This document shows, one piece after another, positions 1 to 9,213 of a stretch of 64,000 nt of DNA (position 1 is its first letter; the number at the start of each line of letters is the position of its first letter). Origin of the DNA: Actinomycetota bacterium (GTDB lineage: Bacteria; Actinomycetota; Actinomycetes; Propionibacteriales; Propionibacteriaceae); contig JBKPML010000075.1 of the NCBI GenBank assembly GCA_046732135.1, forward strand, positions 1,222-65,221. Direction: 5' to 3'. The translations under genes and the position numbers were made by a program. Below the pieces are notes generated by a model. The model saw nothing but the letters and a program-made list of their open reading frames with translations. It was not told the origin of the DNA and did not search any database.

Positions 1-2
1 CA

Positions 3-1067
3 ACCTGGGTGCAGATCGTCAAGGCCGTCATGCTGATGCTCGGCACTTTGCTGATCACGGTCTTGGTGCTGATCGAGTTCAACTTCAACCTGTCGGATTT
101 GCTGGGAACAGCAGCCGAGAAGTCCGGCAAGGGTGATGCATTCCTGCAGCCGGGTCAGCTCTACGGTAAAGACCTGATCGGCAAGTTTGACTTCTTGTCC
201 CTGGGCCTTGCCCTCGTTCTTGGCACCGCCGGTCTGCCACACATCCTGATCCGCTTCTACACGACACCGACCGCTCGGGCGGCCCGGAAGTCGGTGCTCT
301 GGGCGATCGGACTCATCGGTTCGTTCTATCTGATGACGCTGGTGCTGGGCTTCGGTGCCGCAGCCCTCGTCGACACGGGTAAGGGCAGCCAGATCCAGAC
401 CTCGGCCGGCAACGCCGCCTCGCCCCTACTGGCCCAGGCGGTCGGAGGCGGCGAGGGAACGCTCGGCGGCTCGGTCTTGCTCGCTGTGATTTCGGCGGTT
501 GCCTTTGCCACGATCCTCGCCGTGGTCGCCGGCTTGACTCTCACGTCAGCTTCTTCGGTCGCCCACGATCTATACGCCAACGTATACAAGAAGGGCCAGG
601 CGAGCGAAAGAAGTGAGCTGATTGTCGTGCGGATTGCGGCCTTCGCTATCGGAGCGATTGCCATCTTGCTTGCCATTCCTGCCCAGCGGCTGAACATCGC
701 GTTCCTGGTGGCACTGGCCTTCGCCGTTGCGGCATCGGCGAACCTGCCGGCATTGCTGTACAACCTGTTCTGGAAGCGGTTCAACACGATGGGTGCGACC
801 CTCAGCATCTACGGCGGCTTGATCATGGCAGTGCTGCTGGTGACCTTCTCGCCGGTGGTCTCCGGCACGCCAACGTCGTTGTTCCCGGGCGCCGACTTCG
901 CCTGGTTCCCACTGCGCAACCCAGGGCTGATCTCAATCCCGTTCGGCTTCCTGTGCGGCCTGGTCGGTACGTTGCTCAGCAAGGAAGTCCATCCCTCGGA
1001 ACGTTACGACGAGCTGTCGGTACGGGCCTTGAGCGGAGCCGGAGCCGAAAAGGCGCTGGTTGCCTGA
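3..1067 (+). CDS. actP: Cation/acetate symporter, sodium:solute symporter family (5' end outside window)
   Basis: Frame is open from base 3 (TWVQIVKAV). Contains LGTAGLPHILIRFYT, AFATILAVVAGL and SANLPALL motifs and many TM segments. Confidence 0.85.
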   Translation, partial: TWVQIVKAVMLMLGTLLITVLVLIEFNFNLSDLLGTAAEKSGKGDAFLQPGQLYGKDLIGKFDFLSLGLALVLGTAGLPHILIRFYTTPTARAARKSVLWAIGLIGSFYLMTLVLGFGAAALVDTGKGSQIQTSAGNAASPLLAQAVGGGEGTLGGSVLLAVISAVAFATILAVVAGLTLTSASSVAHDLYANVYKKGQASERSELIVVRIAAFAIGAIAILLAIPAQRLNIAFLVALAFAVAASANLPALLYNLFWKRFNTMGATLSIYGGLIMAVLLVTFSPVVSGTPTSLFPGADFAWFPLRNPGLISIPFGFLCGLVGTLLSKEVHPSERYDELSVRALSGAGAEKALVA

Positions 1068-1177
1068 GGAGTGGGCGTGACCTCCACTCACGTTGGGTAA
1101 TCGACGGTGGGAGAACGGGTGATCTACAGTCTGGTGATCAAGCAGGCCATCCGGGTGGCACCAAGACGTGACAAATT

Positions 1178-1201
1178 GTTTGGAGAATAGGCCGTCGGTA
1201 C
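1178..1201 (+). promoter_or_regulatory. Weak SigB/SigF-type promoter candidate
   Basis: GTTT-N14-CGGTAC about 30 nt upstream of ATG 1234; one mismatch to GTTT-N14-17-GGGTA. Confidence 0.3.
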
Positions 1202-1233
1202 AGAGATCGCTGAGCAGGTCGATACCCTCGACC

Positions 1234-2217
1234 ATGACCTCACCAGCTGCCGCCCCGATCCTGCCACTGGCATTGGTCCTTGGCGCCTCCCGCGGCCTCG
1301 GCCTGCTCCTCGCCCGCGAGCTCGGACGTCGTGGTTATCGCCTGGTCATCAGTGCCAATGAAACCGATGAGCTGGAGCGCGCCGCGACCGATCTTCGAAG
1401 CCATGGCTACGAAGTGGTGAGCGAGTTCTGCGATGTGGCGGATCGCGATCAGGTCGAAGACCTGGTGGATCGCGTCGAGCGGGCCCAAGGCGCGATCGAG
1501 GTGATGATCTTCGTCGCTGGAGTTATCCAGGTTGGGCCGTTGACGGCACTAGCCCGCGAGCACTTCAAGTCTGCGATCGACATCATGCTGTGGGGTCCGA
1601 TTCACAGCGCTCTCGCCGTCCTCCCGCGGATGCGGCAGCGGAACCGGGGACACATCGGCGTGATTACGTCCGTCGGCGGACTGGTCGCCGTACCGCACCT
1701 GTTGCCCTACTGCACGGCCAAGTTTGGTGCGGTCGGTTTCACCCGGGCGCTGCGTGCGGAACTCGCTGGGTCCGGCGTGTCGGTCACCACCGTCGCGCCC
1801 GGTCTGATGCGGACGGGATCGCCAATCCGTGCTCAGTTTGTTGGCAGGCAGAGCTGGGAGTATGCGTGGTTCTCGGCCGCGTCATCGATGCCGTTGCTGT
1901 CGATGGACGCCGAGCGCGCAGCACACCAGATCATCACCGGTGTGCTGGCCGGACGGGCCATGGTTGTCACCACGCCGCTGGCCCAAATTGGCTGGCGAAT
2001 CGACGCGCTCTTCCCGAACGTCACGGCGGCTCTCCTCGGACTGGCCGCTCGCGCCTTGCCACGAGCGAATGCGGGTCAAACGGAGACAATCGAGGGTTGG
2101 CAGGCGGCGCAGCGGCTGAGCAGTTCAGGTCGGCGGGTTTCCGACGCCATCACCACGCTCGGCAGGCGCGCGGCCGATCGGTTTAACGAGAACCCTGATC
2201 ATGGCGCTACCACGTGA
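1234..2217 (+). CDS. SDR family oxidoreductase
   Basis: LGASRGLG Rossmann motif and YCTAK catalytic motif. Start moved to ATG 1234 within ORF 1168..2217. Confidence 0.85.
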   Translation: MTSPAAAPILPLALVLGASRGLGLLLARELGRRGYRLVISANETDELERAATDLRSHGYEVVSEFCDVADRDQVEDLVDRVERAQGAIEVMIFVAGVIQVGPLTALAREHFKSAIDIMLWGPIHSALAVLPRMRQRNRGHIGVITSVGGLVAVPHLLPYCTAKFGAVGFTRALRAELAGSGVSVTTVAPGLMRTGSPIRAQFVGRQSWEYAWFSAASSMPLLSMDAERAAHQIITGVLAGRAMVVTTPLAQIGWRIDALFPNVTAALLGLAARALPRANAGQTETIEGWQAAQRLSSSGRRVSDAITTLGRRAADRFNENPDHGATT

Positions 2218-3859
2218 GGTGGACGCGGTCGTCATCGGGGCCGGCCCCAACGGTCTGGTAGCCGCGAACCGGCTCGCCGACGCCGGCTGGGACACCTTGC
2301 TGCTGGAGGCTCAGGCTGACGTCGGCGGCGCTGTCCGCAGCGATCGGGAGCTGCATCCCGATTTCGTCTCCGACACCTTTAGCGCCTTCTACCCGATGGG
2401 CGCCGCTTCGTCGGTGATCCGCGGGCTCGGTCTGGAGCACTACGGATTGCGCTGGGTGCACGCGCCCGCGGTGCTCGGACATCCGCGCCGCGACCAATCC
2501 TGGGTCATGCTGCACCGCGATCTCGACGTCAGCGCCGACTTGCTGGACGGTGAACATCACGGCGACGGCGCGGCTTGGCGGGCACTGCACGAGCGATGGC
2601 AGATCATTGGTCCGTCGTTGGTCGAGTGCCTGGTCAGGCCGTTTCCACCGTTGCGGCCGGGCCTGAAGGCTTTGCTCAAGCTGCCAAGGGTCGGGGGTCG
2701 CTCGTTCGTACGATCCATGCTCACCCCCGCCTCGTCGCTGTTGGGGGATGCGTTCGGCGGCGATGGCGCCCAGCTGCTGCTCGCCGGTAACGCTATGCAT
2801 GCCGACATCCCGCTCGATGCCGCCGGCTCCGGTTTCCTCGGCTTGCTATTGATCATGCTTGGCCAAACCGTCGGTTTCCCGGTGCCCGAAGGCGGTGCCG
2901 GCAGGCTCAGCCAGGCGATGTGCGAGCGACTTCTCGCAGCGGGTGGGCAGGTGGAAACCAATGCTCGAGTGGACAAGATCGAGATCCGCGGCGCCCGGGC
3001 AGTCGGAGTGCAGGTGCTCGATCAATTGATCAAGGTCCGCCGAGCCGTGCTGGCAGACGTGGCCGCCGAACAGCTCTACGGCACGCTGGTCTCACTCGAC
3101 GACCTGCCATCCAGCACCGTCGCGAAGATGCGGGCGTTCCGCCGGGATCCGGGGACGATCAAGGTCGACTATGCGCTCAACGGCCCAGTTCCCTGGGCTG
3201 TCCAGCCCCCGCACGCTCCAGGAACGGTACACATCGCTGATTCCATCGATGAGTTGGCCACTTCATCTGGTCAGTTGAGTGGCGGCATCATCCCTGACAA
3301 GCCTTTCCTATTGATCGGCCAGATGACGACCACAGATCCGACCCGCTCGCCCGCGGGTACCGAATCTTTCTGGGCCTACAGCCACGTCCCGCAAGCGGCC
3401 CGCTCCGACGCGGCTGGTGAACTGACCGGCGCTTGGGACCCCAGCGAGGCTGAGCGGTTCGCCGATCGGATGCAAGCCAGGATCGAGCAGCACGCCCCGG
3501 GCTTCGCAGAGCGCATCCTCGGCCGCCGCGTCCTCGGCCCACGAGAACTTGAGGCCCGCAACGCCAACCTGGTGGGTGGTTCGGTCAACGGCGGCACAGC
3601 GGCACTAGACCAGCAGGTGATATTCCGACCCATTCCGGGACTCGGCCGTGCTGAGACACCGATTTCTGGTCTGTTCTTGGCCTCCGCATCAGCCCATCCC
3701 GGCGGATCTGTCCATGGTGCATGCGGTATGAATGCGGCCCGGGCGGCGCTGCTGCATGCCAAGTTGGGCCGTTCACCAAGGTCAGGAGACGCTAATGGCG
3801 AGCGCGGCCCTCGGCGAGATAAGCGAGTCGCCGGAGTGACTCCTGATTCCGGAACGTGA
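2201..3859 (+). CDS. FAD-dependent oxidoreductase, phytoene desaturase-like superfamily
   Basis: GAGPNGLVAA...LLEA dinucleotide fold, GGAGRLS, C-terminal SASAHPGGSVHGACG. Confidence 0.85.
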   Translation: MALPREVDAVVIGAGPNGLVAANRLADAGWDTLLLEAQADVGGAVRSDRELHPDFVSDTFSAFYPMGAASSVIRGLGLEHYGLRWVHAPAVLGHPRRDQSWVMLHRDLDVSADLLDGEHHGDGAAWRALHERWQIIGPSLVECLVRPFPPLRPGLKALLKLPRVGGRSFVRSMLTPASSLLGDAFGGDGAQLLLAGNAMHADIPLDAAGSGFLGLLLIMLGQTVGFPVPEGGAGRLSQAMCERLLAAGGQVETNARVDKIEIRGARAVGVQVLDQLIKVRRAVLADVAAEQLYGTLVSLDDLPSSTVAKMRAFRRDPGTIKVDYALNGPVPWAVQPPHAPGTVHIADSIDELATSSGQLSGGIIPDKPFLLIGQMTTTDPTRSPAGTESFWAYSHVPQAARSDAAGELTGAWDPSEAERFADRMQARIEQHAPGFAERILGRRVLGPRELEARNANLVGGSVNGGTAALDQQVIFRPIPGLGRAETPISGLFLASASAHPGGSVHGACGMNAARAALLHAKLGRSPRSGDANGERGPRRDKRVAGVTPDSGT

Positions 3860-4229
3860 TGATCGGTTGCCGTATCGCCTTGGGCACCATCAGTGCTGGA
3901 CCGCTGGAGGCGTCCTCGTCGATAGAGACCGTGCATCCGCCTGCTGAGGGCGCGACGGTAATTTCCGCCCGTGCCTCGCCGGTCGGCCAACCACGAGCTT
4001 GCACCACCATGGCCCGAGGCGGCTCGTAGCTGAGCATCTCGGTGTCATCATCAATCAACAGCGGCCAGGCGCCAGCCGAGTGGTGGAGCTTGGAACCGAC
4101 CGCCGGCCAGTCGACATCGACGGCTCTCATTCGTGACGCTCCGACCACCCAGAGCGGATAGAGCCAGCCGTCGGCAAGAACTGCGAAAACGTCCTCGGCA
4201 GAGCAGGTCAGCAGCCGCGACGCGGTCAC
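3792..4229 (-). CDS. SRPBCC (polyketide cyclase/START-like) protein
   Basis: VFAVLADGWLYPLWVVGASRMR signature. GTG at 4229 overlaps the YihY stop (GTGA). Confidence 0.8.
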   Translation of the reverse strand: MTASRLLTCSAEDVFAVLADGWLYPLWVVGASRMRAVDVDWPAVGSKLHHSAGAWPLLIDDDTEMLSYEPPRAMVVQARGWPTGEARAEITVAPSAGGCTVSIDEDASSGPALMVPKAIRQPIITFRNQESLRRLAYLAEGRARH

Positions 4230-5266
4230 CGCCGATCCGCCCGATTGTCGCCCGCCGTCTCGGATCCCGCCTGCTCTGGCTCCTCCGGCGGCGTGGAATC
4301 GGCCTTGACGGCGCCCCGCTCGCCAAGTGGCTCTTCTGGACCCTTGGTTGTGTCGGCAACGGTTTGCCCCTCTGATTCGGCGTTGATTTCGGCCCCGAGC
4401 AGGATCGCGTACGAGGTGAGCCATAACCACAAGAGCAAGATCACAATGCCGGCGAAGGTCCCGTACGTTTTGGCGTAATTTCCCAGCGTTGCCGTGTAAA
4501 TCGAGAAACCAATCGAGGCGACCAGCCAGATCGCCGTGGCGACCAGCGCACCGATAGAGACCCATTTCACCTTGGGCGCGTCCCGGTCAGGAGCAAACCG
4601 ATAGAGGATCGCAAGCGCCAACGTGACGAGAACGAAAAGCAAGACGTAGCCGAGAACCTGGAGCACCCACCGGATCGCACCCCCACCAAACAACTGCTCC
4701 AGCAGCGGCGGCAGCCCGGCAACAATCGCGAGCATGATCACCATGAAGATGATCGCGCCGAACGTCAGAATGAGCGCACGCAGGCGCTTCTTGAGAAAAT
4801 TGCGCTTTTCTTCTTCGTCGTATGCGGTATTCACCGCAGTGATCATGTTCTGCATGCCGCCGGAGGCGCTGAACAGAGCTATCACAATGCCGACGAACGC
4901 TCCGATACTGAGCGCCCTCCGCCTGGCGGCCAGTTGATTGACCTGATCGACGATCAGTTGCCGCGCCGCCTGCGGCAGCGTCTTGCCGACCGATTCGATC
5001 TGAGTCGCGATCGTGTGCGGGTCGGCGAAAATGCCGTAGAGAGACACGATCGCGATCAAGGCGGGAAAGAGCGCGAGGAACGCGTAGTAGGCAACCCCAG
5101 CGCTGAGCAGCGGAACCTGGTCTGCCTTGGCTTCCTTCCAGCCGCGCTTGGCGATCTGGAGCCAACCCTTCGGTGGGATTTCGGTGGGGCGCTCGGCTTC
5201 ACCGCCGGGCACCCCACCGCTTTCGACCTTGCGCTCTTCACCGGTTTGGCTATCGGTTGTCGCCAT
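4226..5266 (-). CDS. YihY/virulence factor BrkB family membrane protein
   Basis: LSAGVAYYAFLALFP, YAKTYGTFAGIVILLLWLWL and LLGAEINA motifs. Confidence 0.9.
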   Translation of the reverse strand: MATTDSQTGEERKVESGGVPGGEAERPTEIPPKGWLQIAKRGWKEAKADQVPLLSAGVAYYAFLALFPALIAIVSLYGIFADPHTIATQIESVGKTLPQAARQLIVDQVNQLAARRRALSIGAFVGIVIALFSASGGMQNMITAVNTAYDEEEKRNFLKKRLRALILTFGAIIFMVIMLAIVAGLPPLLEQLFGGGAIRWVLQVLGYVLLFVLVTLALAILYRFAPDRDAPKVKWVSIGALVATAIWLVASIGFSIYTATLGNYAKTYGTFAGIVILLLWLWLTSYAILLGAEINAESEGQTVADTTKGPEEPLGERGAVKADSTPPEEPEQAGSETAGDNRADRR

Positions 5267-5317
5267 GGACCGCGAAACTCCTTCTCACGTCCGCCGAGCG
5301 CCACCGGACTGGCGCGC

Positions 5318-5992
5318 TCAGCCTGACTGCGCCTGCTCCCGGACGGTGTCTTTGGAATCCTGCAGCTGGTCTTGTACGTCCTGCTTCGCGTACGCGCCCT
5401 CATCCTTGACGGCCTGCACGCCCTCGGTCGCGGTGTCCTTGACCGACTGAACAGCTTCCTGCGCAGGCTCCTTGAGGTTGGCGGTAACCTCTCTGGCTGC
5501 TTCAGTCGCCTTCTCCTTCAGCGGCTCTGCCTTCTCCTGAAGCCTTGACGCTGCCTCCTGCTCCTTCTCGGAGGACGGAATCAGGCCCGAGACCAGCAGG
5601 CCGGCCCCGAAAGCGATCAAGCCGGCAGCCAGTGGGTTGCCGCGAGCCTTCTGCTTAACCTGGGCCGGAGCGCTGCTCACTGCGTCGCCCACCGCCGAGG
5701 CTTTGTCCTGCAGCGCGTATTTCGCGTCACTGGCCTTGTCCGAAACAGCAGCCGCCCTATCGGAAACGGCGGCCTTGGCGTCACCCATCCGGCCCGAGTC
5801 GTACGGATCGTCTGAAGATCCCATGATGTACTCCTTAGCTCCAACGGCGGCTTCCCTCACCCGGGTGGCCTGCCGCTTCGCGATGTTCTTCGGGTTGGCG
5901 GTGTCCGCGAGCGCATCAACGTTGTCGCTCAGTTCGGCCCGCGTGCGTTCGATGTCGGCGCGGATTTCATCGGGGTCGTTGCTCACACTCAT
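5318..5992 (-). CDS. DUF3618 domain protein with LEA-like Ala/Lys/Asp/Glu-rich helices
   Basis: DPDEIRADIERTRAELSDNVDAL N-terminus and GNPLAAGLIAFGAGLL hydrophobic patch. Confidence 0.8.
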   Translation of the reverse strand: MSVSNDPDEIRADIERTRAELSDNVDALADTANPKNIAKRQATRVREAAVGAKEYIMGSSDDPYDSGRMGDAKAAVSDRAAAVSDKASDAKYALQDKASAVGDAVSSAPAQVKQKARGNPLAAGLIAFGAGLLVSGLIPSSEKEQEAASRLQEKAEPLKEKATEAAREVTANLKEPAQEAVQSVKDTATEGVQAVKDEGAYAKQDVQDQLQDSKDTVREQAQSG

Positions 5993-6498
5993 CGATTTTC
6001 CTCCTCTTGGCCCTTCAATGCGTTCGGCACTTTGCCCAGGGTTTCGGTGGTTTGCTGCAAGCCGCGGATTCGCTTCATCTCAGCGCGGCCGAGCGACCCC
6101 AGAATCGCGGCGACGATGGCCCAGACGATGGCCACGATCAAAGCACCCCACTGAACCCCGCTGGGCTGCGCACCCTCGCCAATGAATTGGCCGAGGCCGA
6201 CGGCGGCACTGAGAGAAACGAAGACCAGGAACAAGATCCCAGCCACGCCGGCGCCGGCGAGCAGGCCGATGCCCTTTCCGGCCCGCTGACCCGACTGCCG
6301 TAGCTCTGCCTTGGCCAGTGCGACTTCCTGGCGCATCAGCGTCGAGACGTCGCGACTGACGTCACCGAGGATCTGGCCGACGCTCCGGCCGTCCTCGGAC
6401 TCCATCGCTCCCCGCGAAGTGGAATATCCCTCGCGCGCCGCATCTACCACTGAGTTTGGCTCTGTGGAGGCATGCGTGGGTGTGTATTCAGTGCTCAT
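5989..6498 (-). CDS. Actinobacterial holin-X family (phage holin superfamily) membrane protein
   Basis: DVSTLMRQEVALAKAEL followed by two TM helices; coupled to both neighbours by 4-bp overlaps. Confidence 0.8.
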   Translation of the reverse strand: MSTEYTPTHASTEPNSVVDAAREGYSTSRGAMESEDGRSVGQILGDVSRDVSTLMRQEVALAKAELRQSGQRAGKGIGLLAGAGVAGILFLVFVSLSAAVGLGQFIGEGAQPSGVQWGALIVAIVWAIVAAILGSLGRAEMKRIRGLQQTTETLGKVPNALKGQEEENR

Positions 6499-7409
6499 CG
6501 GTTGAGATCACCCTGTCCACCGTACGGCGCCTCGTCGCCCGCATTTGTGCCGCCGCTCTCCGACATGCTGCCCTCGGCGTAGCTACCCATGGAACGCCTG
6601 GCTTCCTCGCCACCACCGCTCGTGGCATAGCCAGTGTCGTAGCCGGTCGCATAACCAGTGTCCGGAACAGTTGTGGTGTAGCTGGCTGGCGTGCTCTCGT
6701 AGAGCGATCCACCGTAGCCATACTGAGGCGACTCGTCCTTCGAATCGAGGCTTGTGTTCGCGGCAACCGCGCTGCGCCCGAGCCGGCCTACCACGATGCC
6801 GGCCAACGCGCATAGCCCAAGGAACATCGCCGGGCGACGGCGCGCGTACGAGCGGATGTCCTCCAGCAAGTCACCTGGCTCTTTGTTCTCCAGCCAGTGG
6901 GCGACTTCGCCGGTCTTCCGGGAGGCCTGCTGCGCCAGGTCGCTCATGGGTCCCGACTGCTCGGTGCCGGCGCCCATCGAGCCAAGCTCTTTGGAGATGG
7001 AGTGAACGGCTTCGGCTAGTCGTGACTGCTGCGTGCGACCCTGGCTACGGACCTCATCGCTGACCGTGCCCAAAAGGCTCTTTGCCTGTGTGGTCGCTTC
7101 ATCCTTGACCGTGACTGCTTGATCGCGAGCCGTGGCGGCAACATTCCTGCCGGCGTCAACTGCAGTGTCTTTGACCGCGCCGGCTTCACCTTTGGCCGTG
7201 TCCCTGGTCTCCGAAAAGCGGGATCCGCCGGAGTCAGCTGACGACTCATCCACCGTGCCGTACGAAAGATCTGCCGGCTGGGACGGAACATCGGTGTAGG
7301 CCTCAGACGAGACCGGCTGATCGGTTGAGTAAGGCTCCGGGACGGCGCCTTCGGTTGAGCCGCCAGACGTCATGGGGTCGGAACCCTGACCGTACGTTGG
7401 GTTACTCAC
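6495..7409 (-). CDS. LEA-like / general stress hypothetical protein
   Basis: Ala/Thr/Asp-rich helical repeats, FARRRP-type motif (YARRRPAMFLG) and TGYA/TGYD repeats. GTG 7409 is preceded by GGAG. Confidence 0.65.
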   Translation of the reverse strand: MSNPTYGQGSDPMTSGGSTEGAVPEPYSTDQPVSSEAYTDVPSQPADLSYGTVDESSADSGGSRFSETRDTAKGEAGAVKDTAVDAGRNVAATARDQAVTVKDEATTQAKSLLGTVSDEVRSQGRTQQSRLAEAVHSISKELGSMGAGTEQSGPMSDLAQQASRKTGEVAHWLENKEPGDLLEDIRSYARRRPAMFLGLCALAGIVVGRLGRSAVAANTSLDSKDESPQYGYGGSLYESTPASYTTTVPDTGYATGYDTGYATSGGGEEARRSMGSYAEGSMSESGGTNAGDEAPYGGQGDLNR

Positions 7410-7500
7410 ATTTAGCTCCGTTCTTGCTCGTCCCGCAGTCTCGGGCTGCGTCGGCACCCGGGCAGCGGGAGGCGTATCTGTTGATGCGCCAAATTGACAT

Positions 7501-7524
7501 TACCCCGTCCTTTACGGTGTAAAC
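7501..7524 (-). promoter_or_regulatory. SigB/SigF-type promoter
   Basis: Minus strand reads GTTT-N15-GGGTA, an exact match to the actinobacterial SigF-type consensus, upstream of the 7409 operon. Confidence 0.7.
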
Positions 7525-7553
7525 CGCGGGGGGTGATTCCTTTGCCGGAATCC

Positions 7554-7799
7554 TCAGGAACGTAGGACCTCACTCGAGGCGCCGCTTTCGGCGAACTGCA
7601 TGAGGAATTTGTGGCAGCGGGCTGCCCGCTCTGAGTCTTCCTTCATGACCTGCTCAAAGAACTCGGCGATCTCATCTTGACCAGCGTTGCGTGCATCCCG
7701 GACGTACTGCCCGTAGTCATGCCCAGCCTTGAGGGAGTGGTACTGGACACTGATGAGGTCGTAGCTGACGTCGTCGAAACCGGTCTCGCCGGTTGCCAT
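7554..7799 (-). CDS. Small conserved ferritin-like/helical stress protein (81 aa)
   Basis: GGAGG RBS then MATGETGFDDVSYDLISVQYHSLKAGHDYGQYVRDA...; two predicted helices with E/D/H residues. Confidence 0.7.
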   Translation of the reverse strand: MATGETGFDDVSYDLISVQYHSLKAGHDYGQYVRDARNAGQDEIAEFFEQVMKEDSERAARCHKFLMQFAESGASSEVLRS

Positions 7800-7837
7800 G
7801 GCAAACCTCCTCGAGTGTGGTTGGGGACAGTGCCGGT

Positions 7838-7863
7838 ATGCCCGTTTCGGGCCCGGCTCAAAC
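7838..7863 (-). promoter_or_regulatory. SigB/SigF-type promoter
   Basis: Minus strand reads GTTT-N16-GGGCAT about 35 nt upstream of ATG 7799. Confidence 0.55.
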
Positions 7864-7941
7864 ATCGTGAGATGAATGATCTTCGATGGCCGGAGTAGCG
7901 TCGGGCCAGCCGAACTAGCAGGTCCGTCGGGAGGAGGGCCC

Positions 7942-9174
7942 GTGCATATCGCCCTGGTATCCGAGCACGCCAGTCCGCTGGCCGCGATCGGCGGGGTTGA
8001 CGCGGGCGGGCAGAACGTGCACGTGGCGGAGCTCGCTGCGGGCCTCGTCCGGCTGGGTCACCAGGTAGCCGTGTACACCAGGCGCGACTCCGCCGACCTA
8101 CCAGAGAAGGTGACAACCGACGCTGGCTATTGCGTGGTCCACTTGACCGCAGGGCCTGATCGACCGGTGCCGAAGGACGAGCTCTGGGCTCATATGTCGG
8201 TATTCGCCTCCGAGCTTCGGAGGAATCTCGATCTTGAGCGTCCCGACCTCGTGCATGCGCATTTCTGGATGTCGGGCTGGGCGGCCGCCGAGGTCGGCCG
8301 GCAGCTCGAACTCCCAGTGGTGATCACGTTCCATGCCCTGGGCACGGTCAAGCAGCGCCATCAAGGTCCTGCGGACACCAGCCCGGAAGAGCGGATCGAG
8401 GTAGAGGCAGCGATTGGCCGCCGGTGCGATCACATCATCGCGACCTGCCGGGATGAGGTGGCCGAGCTGGGCCTGATGGGAATCCGTGCCGACGGGATTT
8501 CGATCGTGCCGTGTGGCGTCGATGTCAAGCACTTCGCGCCGGTCACCCGCGCAAGCCGGTCCGACCGCGAATTTCCGTTCCCACGGAAGGCCAAGTTCCG
8601 GCTGCTCAGCGTCGGCCGCCTTGTGCCGCGCAAGGGACTGGGCACGGTGATCGAGGCTATGTCGCGGTTGCCGGACGCGGAGTTGATCATCGCTGGAGGG
8701 GACGGCCCTGCCGACGTGGCCTCGGAATCTGAACGTGTCCGGCTGGGCCAGCTCGCGGACACGGAGGGCGTTGCCGACCGGATTCGCTTCATCGGCCAGA
8801 TATCGCGAGCCGAGATGCCCCGACTGCTTCGATCGGCTGATGTGGTGGTTTGCGCGCCGTGGTACGAACCTTTCGGCATCGTGCCACTCGAGGCGATGTC
8901 CTGTGGCGTGCCGGTCGTCGGAAGCGCGGTCGGCGGCCTGCTGGACTCGATCGCCGATCAGCGTACGGGCATTCTGGTCCCACCCCACCAGCCGATCGCG
9001 ATTGCCGACGCCGTGCGACTGCTTCTTGATCATTCCGATCTTCGGGCGGACTTCGGCCGCGCGGGACGCGAACGAGTGCTTGCCCACTACTCATGGGACC
9101 GAGTCGTGGCGGCAACCTCGGAAATATTCGCTCAGCTGGTCGCAGCAGGCCGCAGAGAAGTTAATTACCTTTAG
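7942..9174 (+). CDS. GT4 glycosyltransferase (MshA-like fold)
   Basis: SEHASPLA...GGQNVHV, HAHFWMSG, GRLVPRKG and EPFGIVPLEAM motifs. GAGGAG RBS before GTG 7942. Confidence 0.9.
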   Translation: MHIALVSEHASPLAAIGGVDAGGQNVHVAELAAGLVRLGHQVAVYTRRDSADLPEKVTTDAGYCVVHLTAGPDRPVPKDELWAHMSVFASELRRNLDLERPDLVHAHFWMSGWAAAEVGRQLELPVVITFHALGTVKQRHQGPADTSPEERIEVEAAIGRRCDHIIATCRDEVAELGLMGIRADGISIVPCGVDVKHFAPVTRASRSDREFPFPRKAKFRLLSVGRLVPRKGLGTVIEAMSRLPDAELIIAGGDGPADVASESERVRLGQLADTEGVADRIRFIGQISRAEMPRLLRSADVVVCAPWYEPFGIVPLEAMSCGVPVVGSAVGGLLDSIADQRTGILVPPHQPIAIADAVRLLLDHSDLRADFGRAGRERVLAHYSWDRVVAATSEIFAQLVAAGRREVNYL

Positions 9175-9176
9175 GT

Positions 9177-9202
9177 ATTTTCATTCTTCCGGTTATGGGT
9201 AA
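9177..9202 (+). promoter_or_regulatory. Internal SigB/SigF-type promoter candidate
   Basis: ATTT-N16-GGGTAA in an AT-rich gap, 11 nt before the carbamoyltransferase start. Confidence 0.4.
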
Positions 9203-9213
9203 CGCTTCTCCTT

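Noticed and set aside
2201-3859. crtI and carotenoid biosynthesis
   Set aside because: No crtB or crtE nearby; this is the broader FAD oxidoreductase subfamily.
5989-6498. Prophage signalled by holin-family genes (also 58949-59398)
   Set aside because: Holin-X proteins are ordinary chromosomal actinobacterial genes; there is no integrase, endolysin or structural gene.
7942-9174. mshA (mycothiol glycosyltransferase)
   Set aside because: The fold is the same, but the context is the heptose cluster and the N-terminal motif is SEHASPL rather than the MshA-type HTSP; symbol withheld.
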